Source: Eledone cirrhosa (lineage: Eukaryota). From it: a stretch of 64,000 bases of DNA. Below are positions 15,301-28,848 of the stretch, in pieces. The stretch spans positions 51,708,001 through 51,772,000 of the forward strand of contig OZ024745.1 of NCBI GenBank assembly GCA_964016885.1, written 5' to 3'. Position numbers and translations under genes: made by a program. The notes under the pieces are model-generated. The model was given only the letters and a program-made list of their open reading frames with translations, had not been told where the DNA came from and made no database searches. The first letter of the stretch is position 1; each line of letters begins with the position of its first letter.

Positions 15301-15789
15301 GTTGCACCCTCCTCCCCTATCCACTAATCCCACACAGTCCCAGCGTGCATCTAAGATCCCGTTCCAGTCGCCCACTAACACTAAAGAGCGGGACGTTCCA
15401 AGAAAGGTCTCCAGACGCCGGAAGAAATCAGGCCGCCCTGCTCCTGTCGGCGCATAGACGGCCACTAGCCTGAAAGCTTGCCCGTCTCCGCTGGTCACGT
15501 CCAGCACCACCAACTTACCTTCTGGGTCCAGGAAGATGGCCCGTATGGCAAGATCCAAACCTCTCCAAAAAAGCACAGCAACTCCTCCCCCCGATCCCGG
15601 ATGGCTGGGAGATGCGTACACATCCTAGCCGCCGAAGATCGGTGCGAAGGCCCGTGCTTCGTAGATCTGGTCTCGCTGAGGGCCACTACATCTATGTTTA
15701 GTGACCTGAGGTCGTTGAGCAGGTGGCCCTGCTTCCATGACGACCCCCAAGCCACGCGCATTTATGCTGCCTATTCTGAGTGAGGTCAT
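12355..15789 (-). pseudogene. LINE ORF2 (APE endonuclease + reverse transcriptase), disrupted
   Basis: MTSLRIGSINARG start; ALSET, GDWN, YTDH (APE); KSPGLD, NFRPITLLNTEFKILAK, DQSKAFD, QGYPLS, YADD (RT); CPRC..ETVLHALVQC; several frameshifts and stops. Confidence 0.9.
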
Positions 15790-16107
15790 GTTGAAATGGA
15801 GTGGAAAAGATGGGAAAGACCACTTATCTTACTTCTCGTAGAGGAAGGACGGTTTCTCCATCCTGTTCACTGCTTGTGGCCTCCTCAGGAAGGATGCCCT
15901 TATAAATCCTCCTGGAGAGTGCTTGCCGGAAGTCTCCGATATCTTTGGGGAATTTTTGTTTTAGTGTCATGTACGTTTTCTGTGTGATGCGAGTGATTTG
16001 TTTGTGTGGTGGTGGTGTGAACTTTTGGGTTGTTGTGTAGTCTTTTTTCTGTGATGCTGGTGTTGTGTTGGATGTAGTGTAATAATTGGCTGTTGTTCAA
16101 ATTTAAT

Positions 16108-16292
16108 TGTTTCTACTTTAGGCACAATGCCAGCTATTACCCAGTGCATTACTGGTACTTTATTTTATCGACCCCGTAAGGATGAAAGGCAAAGTCAACC
16201 TCGTCGGGATTTGAACTCAGATCGTAAAGGGACCTAACTATGCTGGAAAGCATGGCGTCCGACCCTCTACCGATACTAACAATCCACCGCCC
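16108..16292 (-). mobile_element. Full-length tRNA-SINE inserted in the Tx1 LINE
   Basis: 14-bp TSD TGTTCAAATTTAAT at 16094-16107 and 16293-16306; B-box GAGTTCAAATCC. Confidence 0.9.
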
Positions 16293-16609
16293 TGTTCAAA
16301 TTTAATGCTGTGTAGTTTGTATCGCTTTGGTTGTTTTGTATTGTTTGCGTTTGTTGTGGGTTTGTTTCTATTTCGCATTTTGGTGACTTTTGTGGTGTAG
16401 TTGATGGTGGTGTTGGGCTTAATGATGGTGATAGTGTTGGTGTTTGGGGTGATGGGTTTGGTGATGCTGGTGTGGGTGGTGGCATGTCTGTCCTAACTTT
16501 TTTGTTTGATAGTTTATTTGTTTCGCTCTGTATTTTGTTTTTGGAGGGGGAAGGAAGAGAGTTTTTTTCTTTTTTGGTTTCTTATTTTCTTTTTTCCTGA
16601 TACCGTTTC

Positions 16610-17990
16610 TCACTCCTCGTCGTCACAATCTGTCTCCAGTTGTGATAGGCCGGGGAGTGGAAAATCCTCCACAGGCGTTAGTTTTGGTTGTGGCGTGGTG
16701 GATGGTGTAGGCGCTGGTGCTAGTTCTGGCGCGTTGGGTGGAGGTGGTGATGGTTTTGCTACTGTTGCTGGGGTTGTTGCTGTTACAGTTGCTTCTGTTG
16801 TTGCTGCTACAGTTGTTGCTGCCATCTCTGCCGCTGGTGGTGTTGATAGTTGAGTCACTGGGGTGGGTAGGAGAGGTGGCCTCATCCTTGTAGCCTGAGG
16901 GCAGAAAGCCCTTAGGTGGGTTCCTTCACCACAAACGACACACCTAGGCCTTCTGCCCTCGACAATTACGGTGAGGTGGCTGCCGTCGGTGAGGTCTATT
17001 ACCTCTGGGATCTCCTCAATGCTTTTTTGGTCCACTTGGATCAGGAGCTCCATTCCAGATCCGGACCAGTTCTCCTGCTTTTCTTTCACTATTTTTATTA
17101 TCTTGGTGTTGGCTTCGATGCCGGCGAGGACGGCAGCTATTAGCCAGGGAATTTCGATGGCCGGTGGAACGTGGGTGACCCTGATCTTTACGAGTCTCTG
17201 GTCACAATAGCTTGGGACGAGTGTGAAGTCGTCACTTGTTAATGGGGCCATGGAGTGTTCTCTAGCCTCCTGTGGTGTTTCAAAGAACACGTCCATGGTT
17301 CCATACTTCTGCCCACGTCTGATGTGGTTTTTTTTTGCCCACACATGTCCCAAAGTTTTTGGGATTTGGCCCTCGGATGCCCGTTCCACTCGGCGCGATT
17401 TTATATTAATTGTTCGATAAGACAAGGTGCATAGTCGCCGATGCTCCATTTTATTAGGTGGTGGTGGTGGTAGTGGGGGGGGGGGGGACTCTGTACCCAT
17501 CTTTCTTTACCAATTTTGGGGCTTCTTCTAATTCCTCCTGAGTTACCTGAAATGCTTCGCAATGTTTTGCTACTCTGGCAAAACTCAGGGTCGTTTTCTT
17601 AATGTCATTGTTGCTGTTGTTGTTATCATCATTTTTGTTATTATTAATTTTAGTTTCAGTTGTGGTGGTGGTGGTGTCAGTGGTTTTCGGTGTCGAAGAG
17701 TTCATTTTGGTTGAATTCATTTCTATATCACGAGTTAATTTATTTTTTTCTTTTGTTTCTGTTGTCGCGGTGATGGTGGAGGTGGTGGCCGTCGCGGCGG
17801 TGGTGGTAGTGGCGGCTTTACCACCTGCAGTCATTGGTAATGGCGGGAAATGAATGTCTCCCTGAGACAAATTTAAAATATTGCTAGTGCTTATATTTTT
17901 TTTAGTGTTGGCAAACGTAGTAATATTTACAATGGTGGTGTCGGTGTGAGGTGTTAGTTTGTGAGAAAGGAGTGACTCTGAGTCAGCCAT
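16610..17990 (-). pseudogene. LINE ORF1 (zinc-knuckle protein), frameshifted near a G/C homopolymer
   Basis: ORFs 17454-17990 and 16610-17500 overlap at the poly-G tract ~17475-17487; CVVCGEGTHLRAFC = CX2CX4HX4C; Thr/Pro-rich low-complexity segments. Confidence 0.75.
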
Positions 17991-18222
17991 GATGTTTCAA
18001 AGAAAACTTTTTTGCTTGATAATTATAAAAGTTTAAATATTGGGCTCAAGGCCCCAATCTGTTTGGGTGTCCTATTTAGATAACAATGTATGTGCACTTA
18101 TATACAATTAACAATAACATTTTCCATGAATGGCAATTTTGAACAACTGAAAATAACAAAACTTTGCGGAGCTCACGATGATATGATTTACTACGTAGGT
18201 TGCCAATAATAATAATAATAAT

Positions 18223-18256
<34 letters not shown>

Positions 18257-20131
18257 TTGATAAGATGGTAATGGGGAATTGCAGGAGGAGACACACTGAT
18301 CTTGCCATGGGATGGATAGACTACAGAAAGGCATTTGACATGGTGCCTCATTCTTGGATCACCAAAAGCCTGGAGATCTCCAAGGTGGCAGATAACATCA
18401 GACAGTTGCTGGGCAGGAGTATGAGGTCCTGGGAAACAGAGTTGACATCAACTGGAGAATCCTTGGGAAGCGTGAAGATCAAGAGAGTTATCTTCCAGGG
18501 AGAAAGCCTGTCCCCTCTGTTGTTTGTCCTTGCTCTGATGCCCCTGACCATTATGCTGCGAAAAGTGAGAGCAGTATACAAGTTGGGAAAGGGAGAGCTT
18601 ACCATCAATCACCTCCTCTTCATGGACGATCTTAAGCTCTTCGGGAAGAGTGAGAAGGAGTTGGATGTTCTTGTTGACACTGTCCGTATTTTCAGCAGTG
18701 ATATATGTATGCAGTTTGGTATTAGTAAGTGTGGAGTCATTGTGATGAGGAGGGGTAGGTTGAGCAGAAGTAACGGAATCCAGATACCAACAGGTGAGAT
18801 GATAAAGGAAATTGACTCTGAGGAAGGATACAAGTATTTGGGCGTTCTGGAGGCTGATGGCATAAAGAACAAAAAAATGAAGGAATTGTTAAGAACTGAA
18901 TACATTCGGAGAATAAGGAGCGTATTGAAGTCACATCTGAACAGCAGAAATGCCATAAGCGCAGTAAATTCCCAAGCTGTGTCTATTATTAGGTACAGTG
19001 CGGGAATTCTGAGATGGAATGTTGCTGAACAAAAAGAAATGGATAAGAAGACTAGGAAGCTATTGACTATCTACAACATGTTCCACAAGAGGAGTGATGT
19101 CGATAGACTTTACCTAAGGAGATCTGAGGGTGGAAGAGGTCTTATCAGCATAGAGGACTGTGTTCAGATGGAGAAAAACAACCTACATAAGTACGTGACT
19201 GATAGTAAGGAGCCAATGCTCAGAACTGTACTGAAGTAGGCGACAATAGGCCAGGTGATGTCCAAGGAGGAAATAGCATCAAGGAGAAAGAGCAGCCTTC
19301 AGGGAAAATCCCTTCATAGTACCTTCTTTGAGAAAACTGAATTTAGAGATCCACAGACATGGAACTGGTTTAGAAGAGGAGACCTCAAAAAGTCTACAGA
19401 AGGAATGTTACTGGCTGCGCAGGAGCAGGCCCTCAAAACGAAGTGGCTGAAACACCATATTTACAAGGAGGAGGCTAGCCCACTGTGCAGGATCTGTGGA
19501 GAGAGAGAGGAGACTGTGGCTCACATTGTATCCGAGTGTAAACACCTAGCCCAGACCCACTATAAGGGCTGGAGACATGATGTGATGGGCAGGGTAATCC
19601 ACTTGCACCTGTGCAAAGTAAACAGTTTACCACATTCTGAGAAATGGTATGAGCATAAGCCAGAGGCGGTGATGGAGAACGATCAGGTGAAGGGGCTGTG
19701 GGATTTTAGGATACAGACGGACAAGAAACTGGAACACAATAGACCTGACCTGGTGTTTGTGGACAAAGAAAAAAGATCGTGTCTTATTGTGGATGTGGCC
19801 TGCCCATACGACACGAGAGTGCAAGAGAAGGAGAGGGAGAAAATTAACCCATACCAGGACTTAAAGTGGGAGGTAAAAAGGATTTGGAACTGCCATGAAG
19901 GCAAAGTGATCCCGATTGTCATACGCGCACTGGGGACTATCTCCAAAAGTTTCCAGGGATGGTTAAAGAAAATCGGCCAATTCACGCTTTTTGGAACGCT
20001 TCAAAAGGCATGCTTGCTGGGAACAGCAAGAACCCTCCGATACGTCCTGAATATCTGAGGCTGCAGGTAGTGGCTTGATATTCATTCCAACGGACTTTCC
20101 AGTTAACTAACATCAATGACTGAGATTCAAG

Positions 20132-20132
<1 letters not shown>
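18257..20132 (+). mobile_element. R4/Dong-type non-LTR retrotransposon A (RT + CCHC + restriction-like endonuclease), 5'-truncated
   Basis: WIDYRKAFD, FQGESLSP, HLLFMDDLKL; CRICGEREETVAHIVSEC; RPDLV..D..YQDL; one disruption at ~19240; flanked by (TAA)n. Confidence 0.9.
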
Positions 20133-20187
<55 letters not shown>

Positions 20188-20189
<2 letters not shown>

Positions 20190-22233
20190 GGAAGATTGTC
20201 ATAATAGACACAAAAATCTATCGATTGCTTGGATAGATTATAAAAAAGCATTTGATAGTTTGCCACACAGTTGGATTGAAAAATGTTTAGAGATTTTCAA
20301 AATATCCCCCGTTGTCAGGAGGTTTTTGTCATTCAGTATGAGGACATGGAGAACGACACTCCTTTTGAATAGTGAAACAAAATCACTGGAAGCTGGAGAA
20401 GTTAACATTAATTGTGGAATTTTTCAGGGTGACTCTTTATCACCGCTTTTATTCTGCATCGCACTTATACCATTAAGTAAAATGCTCAATGAAACAAAAC
20501 ATGGATATAGAGTCTATGACAAAACCATTAATCACCTGTTCTACATGGATGACCTGAAACTATTCGCAAAAAATGATGAACAATTGCAAGGGCTATTATC
20601 CACTGTGAAGCAGTTCAGTGATGACATTAAAATGGAGTTTGGACTGGATAAATGCGCCAAAGCAACGTTCACCAGAGGAAAGCTGCTGAAGAGTTCAGAC
20701 ATTAATCTTGATCGGGGGAACGTGATAAGAGAGCTTGATCAAGAACAAACTTACAAATATCTAGGTGTTTGTGAAGGAGACGGAATCAAGCACTCGACAA
20801 TGAGGGAAAGGATAAGGAAGGAATGTTACCGCAGAGTCAGAGCAATCTTAAGAACGGAATTGAATGCAAGGAATAGGATCGATGCCATAAACACGCTTGC
20901 CATACCAGTAGTAACCTACAGTTACAATGTCATCAACTGGTCAAGCACAGAGATCCGTAGGCTCGATACAAAAATCCGAAAATTCTTAACCATGCACAGA
21001 ATGCATCACCCTAAGGCAGACATAGATAGAATATATCTCCCTAGGAAAGAAGGAGGACGTGGGTTAATCCAGTTATACATTGCGTTGAAAACTGCAACAA
21101 TTGGATTATCCACATATCTAAGGGAATCACATGATTGGATGATCAAACTCGTTTTGAAACACGAAAGCACCAAAAGATCATATTCCATTACAAAAGATGC
21201 ACAAAGATACAGTAATGGACTACAAATTTCAGAAGTCCCATTTACTGCTGAAATGGAAAACACAGAAAAAGCAAAGCAGGTAAAAGTAACTGCAAAGAAA
21301 GAACTGCTACAGAAACTGGCTAAGAAATGGCAAGAAAAGCCTTTGTATGGAAAATACCCAGAGCGAGCTAACAATCCTGATGTTGACAAAACTTTAACCC
21401 ATCAGTGGTTGGCATCCTCTGGACTGAAATCGGAGACTGAAGGACTGATTATATCGGCACAAGATCAGTGTCTGCCAACAAAAAATTACCAAGCCAACAT
21501 AATAAAAAATGGGTGCAGCCCATTATGCCGTGTATGCAAAAAACAACCAGAGACCATTGACCATATAATTTCAATGTGCAGTCCTATAGCTCCAACCGAA
21601 TACCTAAACAGGCATGACAGAGCTGCACAATACATACATTGGATAATGTGTAAGCATTTTGACCTGCCCCATCAAAAGAATTGGTGGGAGCATCAACCAC
21701 CTCCCATACTTGAAAAAGATCACATCTCAATCTTGTGGAACTTTAGCATCCAAACAGACCGAAAAATAGATGCAAATAGACCTGATATAATATTGAAGGA
21801 CTTTCAAAGGAGGGTATGCCTGCTAATTGATATGTCTGTTCCAATAGACAAGAATGTATCTATAAAAACATTTGAAAAATTGAGCAAGTATAAGGACCTG
21901 GAGATAGAAATTGGAAAAATGTGGAAATTGAGAACTAAAACAATACCAGTGGTTGTAGGCGCTCTGGGAATGATACCTAAGGGGTCTAACGACTACTTAT
22001 CGCAAATCCCAGGAAACCCGCGTATAGGAGAAATACAAAAGATAGTACTAATGGGAACTGCCCATATACTAAGGAAGATCCTGTCAATATAAGTACATCA
22101 CAAGTCTAAACACTAAGGATGCATGTGTGAATATGTGTGTTCTTTCTTGAACATGGCGGACCTTGTTGTCTCTTGAGGTCACTGGTTGTGACTTGGTGAT
22201 AACTCGTATAAACATAAAGCAAGATAAATGCAA
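20188..22233 (+). mobile_element. R4/Dong-type non-LTR retrotransposon B, 5'-truncated with open ORF to 22092
   Basis: WIDYKKAFD, FQGDSLSP, YMDDLKL, CRVC..ETIDHIISMC, RPDI..IDMSVP..KYKDL; (TAA)n on both sides. Confidence 0.92.
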
Positions 22234-22261
22234 ATAATAATAATAATAATAAAAAATCAAA

Positions 22262-22664
22262 AAATCACATGGGGTATTGGATTAAAAATATAACATCCCT
22301 CCACTCGAAACTGACAACCATGTTTAATGACTGCTTGATGTCAGATGAGGTACCAGAGTGGTTGACACAAGGTACCACAGTTCTGGTAATGAAAGACCGA
22401 ATCAAGGGTAATGACGTTACCAAATATAGACCTATCACATGTCTGTCCGTAATGTGGAAACTGTTGACAAGCATTGTGTCTGAGGAAATCTACCATCACC
22501 TCCACACAAACAACTTGTTACCGGACGAACAGAAAGGATGCCGAAAGTACGAAGGACCAGTTACTTATTGATAAGATGGTAATGAGGAATTGCAAGAGGA
22601 GACACACTGGTCTTGCCATGTGATGGATAGACTACAAAAAAGGCATTTGACATGGTGCCTCATT
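22262..22664 (+). mobile_element. R4/Dong RT fragment of family A
   Basis: YRPITCLSVMWKLLTS..EQKGC; 22568-22664 matches 18257-18353. Confidence 0.8.
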
Positions 22665-22860
22665 AATCTCCGCATATACACAGGCACATAAATACAGCTC
22701 TACAAGCAGAAAATGAGGATAGGTAAGATGTATTTACATGACCATAGTGCCGTGTTTCAGGTCGAGAAGGGGTAGGAGTAGGGTGGCAAGGAGGTAGAGG
22801 GGGTCTTTTGTCGAGAGGGGGTTTAAAAAAAAGAAAGACGTAAGTAGCAAGTATTTTTAT

Positions 22861-23137
22861 GGGTACAGATTCTCTTGACTAAGTTGTATGTAATATTAAT
22901 TTTAACGTGTCTAAGGTGGCATGAATTGAAAGGAAGATATTGCTTGGAGTCTGTGGGCTTGTAGTATATGTCTGTTTCTATTTTTTTTGTTATGAATCAT
23001 AATGAGGATGTCGAGGAATGGGAGTTGTTGATGGCTGTATTCCATTGTAAAATTAATATTCTTGATAAGGGTGTGAAACTCTTTAAGTTTCTCGATGTTT
23101 TCGTGCCAAAGGATGAAGCAGTCATCTAGATATCTCT
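22861..23137 (-). mobile_element. Penelope-like RT fragment
   Basis: Manual minus-strand translation: RYLDDCFILW...FTME...LPFLDI...ETDIYYKPTDSKQYL..NSCH (one frameshift). Confidence 0.8.
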
Positions 23138-23279
23138 TCTAGTTCTTTTCTATGTGTAAGTGGAGATGAAAATATCGAATAATGTACGCCATTTTTACCA
23201 GTACCACAAAAATACTGGTCAATCCACATACACACACACACACACACACGCGCATGCACAGGCGTACACTAACATAAAG

Positions 23280-23363
<84 letters not shown>

Positions 23364-23819
23364 TTCTCCGTATAAGACAAGAGCTGAAAAATATGTTTCA
23401 ACATTAAAATAACGCCCCTCCCCCCCACACACACGTACACGCGCATTCCTACTGATCGATTCATTTCCATTATCAGAACAATGATCCACTTTGCTACACA
23501 CACACACACGTCTTAATATACACCTGAACTGTTACACACACGTCTTACACACACACACATGTCTTAATATACACCTGAACTGTTGACCTCTCAACATGAC
23601 TGCAACTCAATCAAGCGGAAAAGGACGCGCTAAAATCAATTTAAACATTCACGTGACTTCTACCGATCAATCAAAATTGATTTGACTACAAGAATTTTTG
23701 CAACACGAATTGGCGCGAAATTTATAGTGCTTATTTACGTGACATTCAACAACCAACCAAATCATAATACCTCCCAAGCCACTTTTTTCACATAAAAGAG
23801 GAAGAATTTCCAAAACTGA

Positions 23820-24055
23820 TCAGATTAGAGCAAAAATCACGGGCACTCTATCTCAAAATTATTTTTAAAAAGCATAAGAAATGAGCAACCGGTCAAAACT
23901 TAAAGCTAAAACTAAATACCAACTAATACTTATTACTAATTTATACTTATTCCTAATTAAACTATTTTTCACTGGGAAATATTTTTCAGCTTTTTTTTTT
24001 CCTTTTTTCTAATATATCACAACTCGTGTGTCACACATCTATTTAAAACATATAT
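23820..24055 (+). repeat. Single-arm copy of the 6656-7042 family
   Basis: Matches 6850-7042 and continues into the reverse complement of 6620-6655; ends in (TA)n. Confidence 0.8.
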
Positions 24056-24119
24056 ATATATATATATCTTTGTGTGTGTGTGACTCTGTGTGTATGTGTG
24101 TGTGTGTGTGTGTCTGTGT

Positions 24120-24159
<40 letters not shown>

Positions 24160-25185
24160 TTTCGTCTCCTTCCATACACATTTCTGAGAGTTAGGGAAGA
24201 AGGACACCAATGCGCCTCAACATGATGCTCTATGCCCGTTAATCTCATTGGCAAAAATAATGATGTCATGTGGAAATGAGTGCTCGTCTGATCATTTCTC
24301 GGAAGCTGTCGACTGGCCAGCAGATATGTTGTTTTCATCACAAGGCAAAATCCGTTGTCGACTTGAAAGGTTGTCAACAAGGTGAGAAAAGTGTCCTGTC
24401 ATACCTTCCTCTAGACAGTCTGCCAAACAAGTTAAGCAATAAATCTCTTCTTATATTTAAACACTATTGGAGGGCCGTTGACGTTCTACATCTGTTTTTT
24501 TTATGTGTTCTGTTTTCATAAACAATGTGATTAAAAACATCCCCCTACTCAGAATCTTGCCGGTTTATTAACCTAAAGACCAATAATGTAACAGATTTTA
24601 ATGGATTATATGTTACCAATATCGTTTCAAAGCAAACTAATATTATATAAACAGATGTTGTGACCTGGGGGACCAGCAGTACCGTTGGTAGGGTTAGAAA
24701 CTGCCGAAGTCCATTTCAACGGCCGATGAACCTACAGTTCTGTCTTTTTCGTCTGTATCTTCTTTTTTTTTTTTTTTTTAAATAATATTTGAAGGATCCT
24801 CTAAAAGAATTGTTTTCGTTTTGCCTTGTTTTCATTCGTTGTCTTGTTCATTCTTTGCTAATTTTCCTAAGTATTTCAAATATATATATTAGTTTTATTT
24901 GAACTTATCTTGTATCTCAGCCTTTTTTATTGACATAACAAATCAGGTTTGGTAGGTCCATCGACAGTTCAGCGATTTGGATTTTACCACAAAAAGTGTT
25001 TTTCTTCGTAATATCTGTTTTCCCCGTTCTGCTGAGCTCGCAGTATATCTTCTTTTACTAACATACACACTCTGTATTTTACCATGTGCCATGTACTTCT
25101 TTGATTTGTAGTCTTGCTGATCCCAGTACACTATCAACAAAGGCACACACACACACACACAAATACACACACACACAGACACACG

Positions 25186-25258
<73 letters not shown>

Positions 25259-25993
25259 ATATATATATTGATTTAAAAAGTAAGCAAATAATAATGGAAA
25301 CGATACAAGCACACACAATGTACTCCACACACACACATATTTGTATATATCTATATGTGTGGCTGTGTGTGTCTGTGTGTGTGTGTGCGTGTAAACTCAT
25401 CATACCTTGCAGAAACTTACCAAACCTTACTTGAGACAGAATATTAACTGCTTCACAAATAAATATCAACCTTGCTAGATGTAACAAAACAATAATTTAA
25501 TTAGAGAAATACTGAATCTTAACAGTGAATCTTACACAAATAATTCTATACATTCTTTTTTAATATGAATTCACTTGGTTTAAATCCGATAAAAATTTAA
25601 CCTGTCAAATATTTCGATGAGTATTTCGTCTGCATTTCTCCATATTAACAAGCACAAAGTTTCACACAAAATCTATTTTTGTGTTATTCTCTAAACCATG
25701 CTTATATACTCAATGTTTACAATATTTGCATTTTTTATTTATAGTCTGTAATTTGTATTGCCTTTATATTTTTCCACACCTAATTTTCTCACACCTGATG
25801 GTTTTATGTTTATTTCCTATTTTACTCTCGCTGCTATTACATAGGTCAATGCAGTTCCTTTCGATTAATTGTTGATACGTCTTAATCGTTTCTTCCAACC
25901 ATATCATGCTCCATAAGAATGGAAAGAATCATTAAATCGCCGATGATATTGCCAGAGAAAACTAATGAGTTGGTCGTAAGGGTTATATTTTCA

Positions 25994-26180
25994 TAATTGG
26001 TTTCTACATTTGGCACAAGGCCAGAAAATTACCCAGTGCATTACTGGTACTTTATCTTATCGACCCCGTAAGGATGAAAGGCAAAGTTAACCTCGGTGGG
26101 ATTTGAACTCAGAACGAAAAGGGCAGTAGCTCTATGCGTCAAAGCATGGCGTTTGACCCTCTAGCGAGGCTGCCAAACCA
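25994..26180 (-). mobile_element. tRNA-SINE copy
   Basis: Same core and B-box as 16108-16292. Confidence 0.85.
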
Positions 26181-26747
26181 AATATCTACACATTATTTCC
26201 CTTAAATAAAGGCATACTATTTTATTATATTCCACTAGTCTCATTTCGTAGTATCTTATTCATGTATAAATATACATACTTTATTAGGGCTAACTCTTGT
26301 TAGTTTGGGATTTTATTTGTTGGCTCACAGCATCATCAGGCAAGTTATCAATGAGTAGTTCTCTGATAAATTGTGTTATATCAAAATCAGTTATTCCTGT
26401 GAACATTCCATGAAGCCGATGATAAATCAGAATAAACCTGAAGAAATTGCGGGATGGCCGTAGAGTTTAAATCGAACTCCTGTTAACAACAACAAATATA
26501 ATGACTCGTCAATATTATACGATGCGAATATGATACAAGCAAACAGTGAGTGGTCTCCTAACAATACGTGGGTATGACACCAGATTGAGAGCACGCACCA
26601 TAACTTACTAAGTCGGAGCATGCAAACACTCATATCACCCCGCACCAGAAAGGATATATTTGCTACATAACAAAACCTATATAATATACGCGTAAAGCAA
26701 ACGCACACATTAAGAGAAAATCACACAAGGCATACACTAATCATTTG

Positions 26748-26783
<36 letters not shown>

Positions 26784-26790
<7 letters not shown>

Positions 26791-26880
26791 TAACAGATTA
26801 AAGTTTAAGCAAAGAATCACTGCTTTCACCCTTAAGGGTGAAAGCAGTGATTCGCTTAAACTTTAATCTGTTATTTTAAT
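26784..26880. repeat. ~100-bp palindrome abutting (TA)n
   Basis: attaaaataacagattaaagtttaagc...caccct|taagggtg...ctgttattttaat; single arm repeated at 28412-28462. Confidence 0.75.
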
Positions 26881-26987
26881 AAATATTTGCTCTAATATTT
26901 TAATAAATATTTGTTCTTATATATTTGATATATATTTATCCATATCGAGCCCTCTTTGGATTTTAGTCTTCACGTTTTTATTATTAC

Positions 26988-27024
<37 letters not shown>

Positions 27025-27069
27025 GGAAAAAATGAAATTTCATTTCTCACTCTTAGTAAGGCTGATACT

Positions 27070-27124
<55 letters not shown>

Positions 27125-27720
27125 GGAAAAAAATAAAATTGCATTTCTCACTCTTAGTAAGGCTGATACTTAAATATAAGTATGCATAGGTACATATATA
27201 TATGTATATAGACGTATAGTAGTATGTATATACATACATGCACACATATATATATATGTACGTATTGATTTACCGAACATTTATTATAATGCTCGTTTGT
27301 TTGTAAACAAATAGCCCGAATTATTAGCCGTACAGTGTTCGGCAACAATCGTTGCCATTTTGTTCAACACTGACAAAGGAACTATGAACTAGTTTCTATC
27401 TTATTAGCTGCCATTAGCACCGTATACCTTCCTGTCAGTTGATTGAACGTTTGAAAGTATATACTTTCCTTATGCACAGTAACGGTTGAGTAGCCTAATT
27501 TGCATATCGAGTGGGCCGGGCGTACCGAAAACGATAAATGGAAAAAATGAAATTTCATTTCTCACTCTTAGTACGGCTGTTACTTAAATATAAGTATGTA
27601 TACGTACATACATATATGTATACAGACGTACAATAGTATGTATATACATATATACATGCACATGTATGTATGTATATACATACTACTGTACGTCTGTATA
27701 CATATATGTATGTACGTATA
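27025..27720 (-). repeat. ~420-bp unit repeat in partial tandem, with degenerate HHR-like motif
   Basis: Unit start atggaaaaaatgaaatttcatttctcactcttag at 27023, 27123 and 27538; reverse complement of 29060-29770. Confidence 0.75.
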
Positions 27721-28010
27721 TATATATATAATATGAACAAAGTTATAAACATAGTATACACAGGTGTCACAGCCCTTATACAACCAAGTGATACCTAAAT
27801 AATTTAACCCACATTAATATCGGGTTAACGTCATTGCCGAAAGAGAGGAAAGCTTCCAAACAGCTGCTAGCATGCAACGTTAATGATATTTTCGGTCTCT
27901 CAATATCATAGAATGGTCGCTTTGTTTCATATATATATATATTTATACTCTGCTATGTATTGAGTATCTTACTTACTGTGGTTACCCCCGATTGAACCCG
28001 GGTTAAACAT

Positions 28011-28279
28011 ATGTATATATGGATGTATATATAATGTATTTTGCAATACACTTTATGCTTAATTAAAAGTATTTTGAAGACCGTAAGCTATTGTTTTAAA
28101 GTAGTGACAAATTCACTCACTTTGATCTCAGCAAACAGGGGAGATAAGCCGACATGACATGTTTCGCTTTTGTTGAAGCTTATCAAGACTATTAAAAACA
28201 ATAGCTTACGGTCTTCAAAATGCTTTTAATTAAGCATAAAGTGTATTGCAAAATACATTATATATACATCCATATATAT
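28011..28279. repeat. Inverted repeat (~93-bp arms) with U3-A8 hammerhead motif in the spacer
   Basis: Arms ~28011-28103 and ~28188-28279; minus strand 28147-28190: agtc-TTGATAA-gctt..aagc-GAAA-catg-TC (duplicated atgtc)-ggct; related copy ~36240-36410. Confidence 0.7.
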
Positions 28280-28374
28280 ATTGCTATTTCAGAGCTCCAA
28301 TTCTAATTTTTATATATATATATGTATATATGTATATATATACATATATACATATTTTAATATATATATATGTA

Positions 28375-28413
<39 letters not shown>

Positions 28414-28502
28414 TAAAATAACAGATTAAAGTTTAAGCAAAGAATCGCTGCTTTCACCCTTAACGGGATCCTCTGAATATATATATATATATATATATAT
28501 AT

Positions 28503-28848
28503 AAAGATCAAATCGAAAATGCAACTGGAGTCTTATTTAAAAAAATATATATATTTATTTGGTTCCTTTACAGGTGTTTCGCAGTTCTTCTGATTTTCAA
28601 AAGTAGAGATGAGATGGAGGGTCTGTGGTTTTCCTCACATCACATCAGATGTGACAAAAACCACAGACCGTCCATCTCAACTCTACTTTTGAAAAGCAGA
28701 AGTGCGAAACCGGTAAAGGAACCAAATAAATATATATATTTTTTTAAAAATAAGACTCCAGTTGCATTTTCGATTTCATCTTTTTTCTTTATACTTTCAC
28801 TCGTGTAGGACACCTCGGTTATTTTTCATTTTGTAAAGAAAACCTCAC

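Larger units (their letters stand above)
12110..18000 (-). mobile_element. Near-full-length decayed L1/Tx1-clade LINE
   Basis: ORF1 with CCHC knuckle, then APE endonuclease, RT and C-terminal Cys motif; AATAAA followed by an (ATT)n tail at 12049-12109. Confidence 0.9.

Noticed and set aside
20116-20187. N-terminal MTEIQG + poly-Ile of the 658-aa ORF as a signal or membrane anchor
   Set aside because: Accidental in-frame fusion of element A's 3' end and the (TAA)n tract to truncated element B
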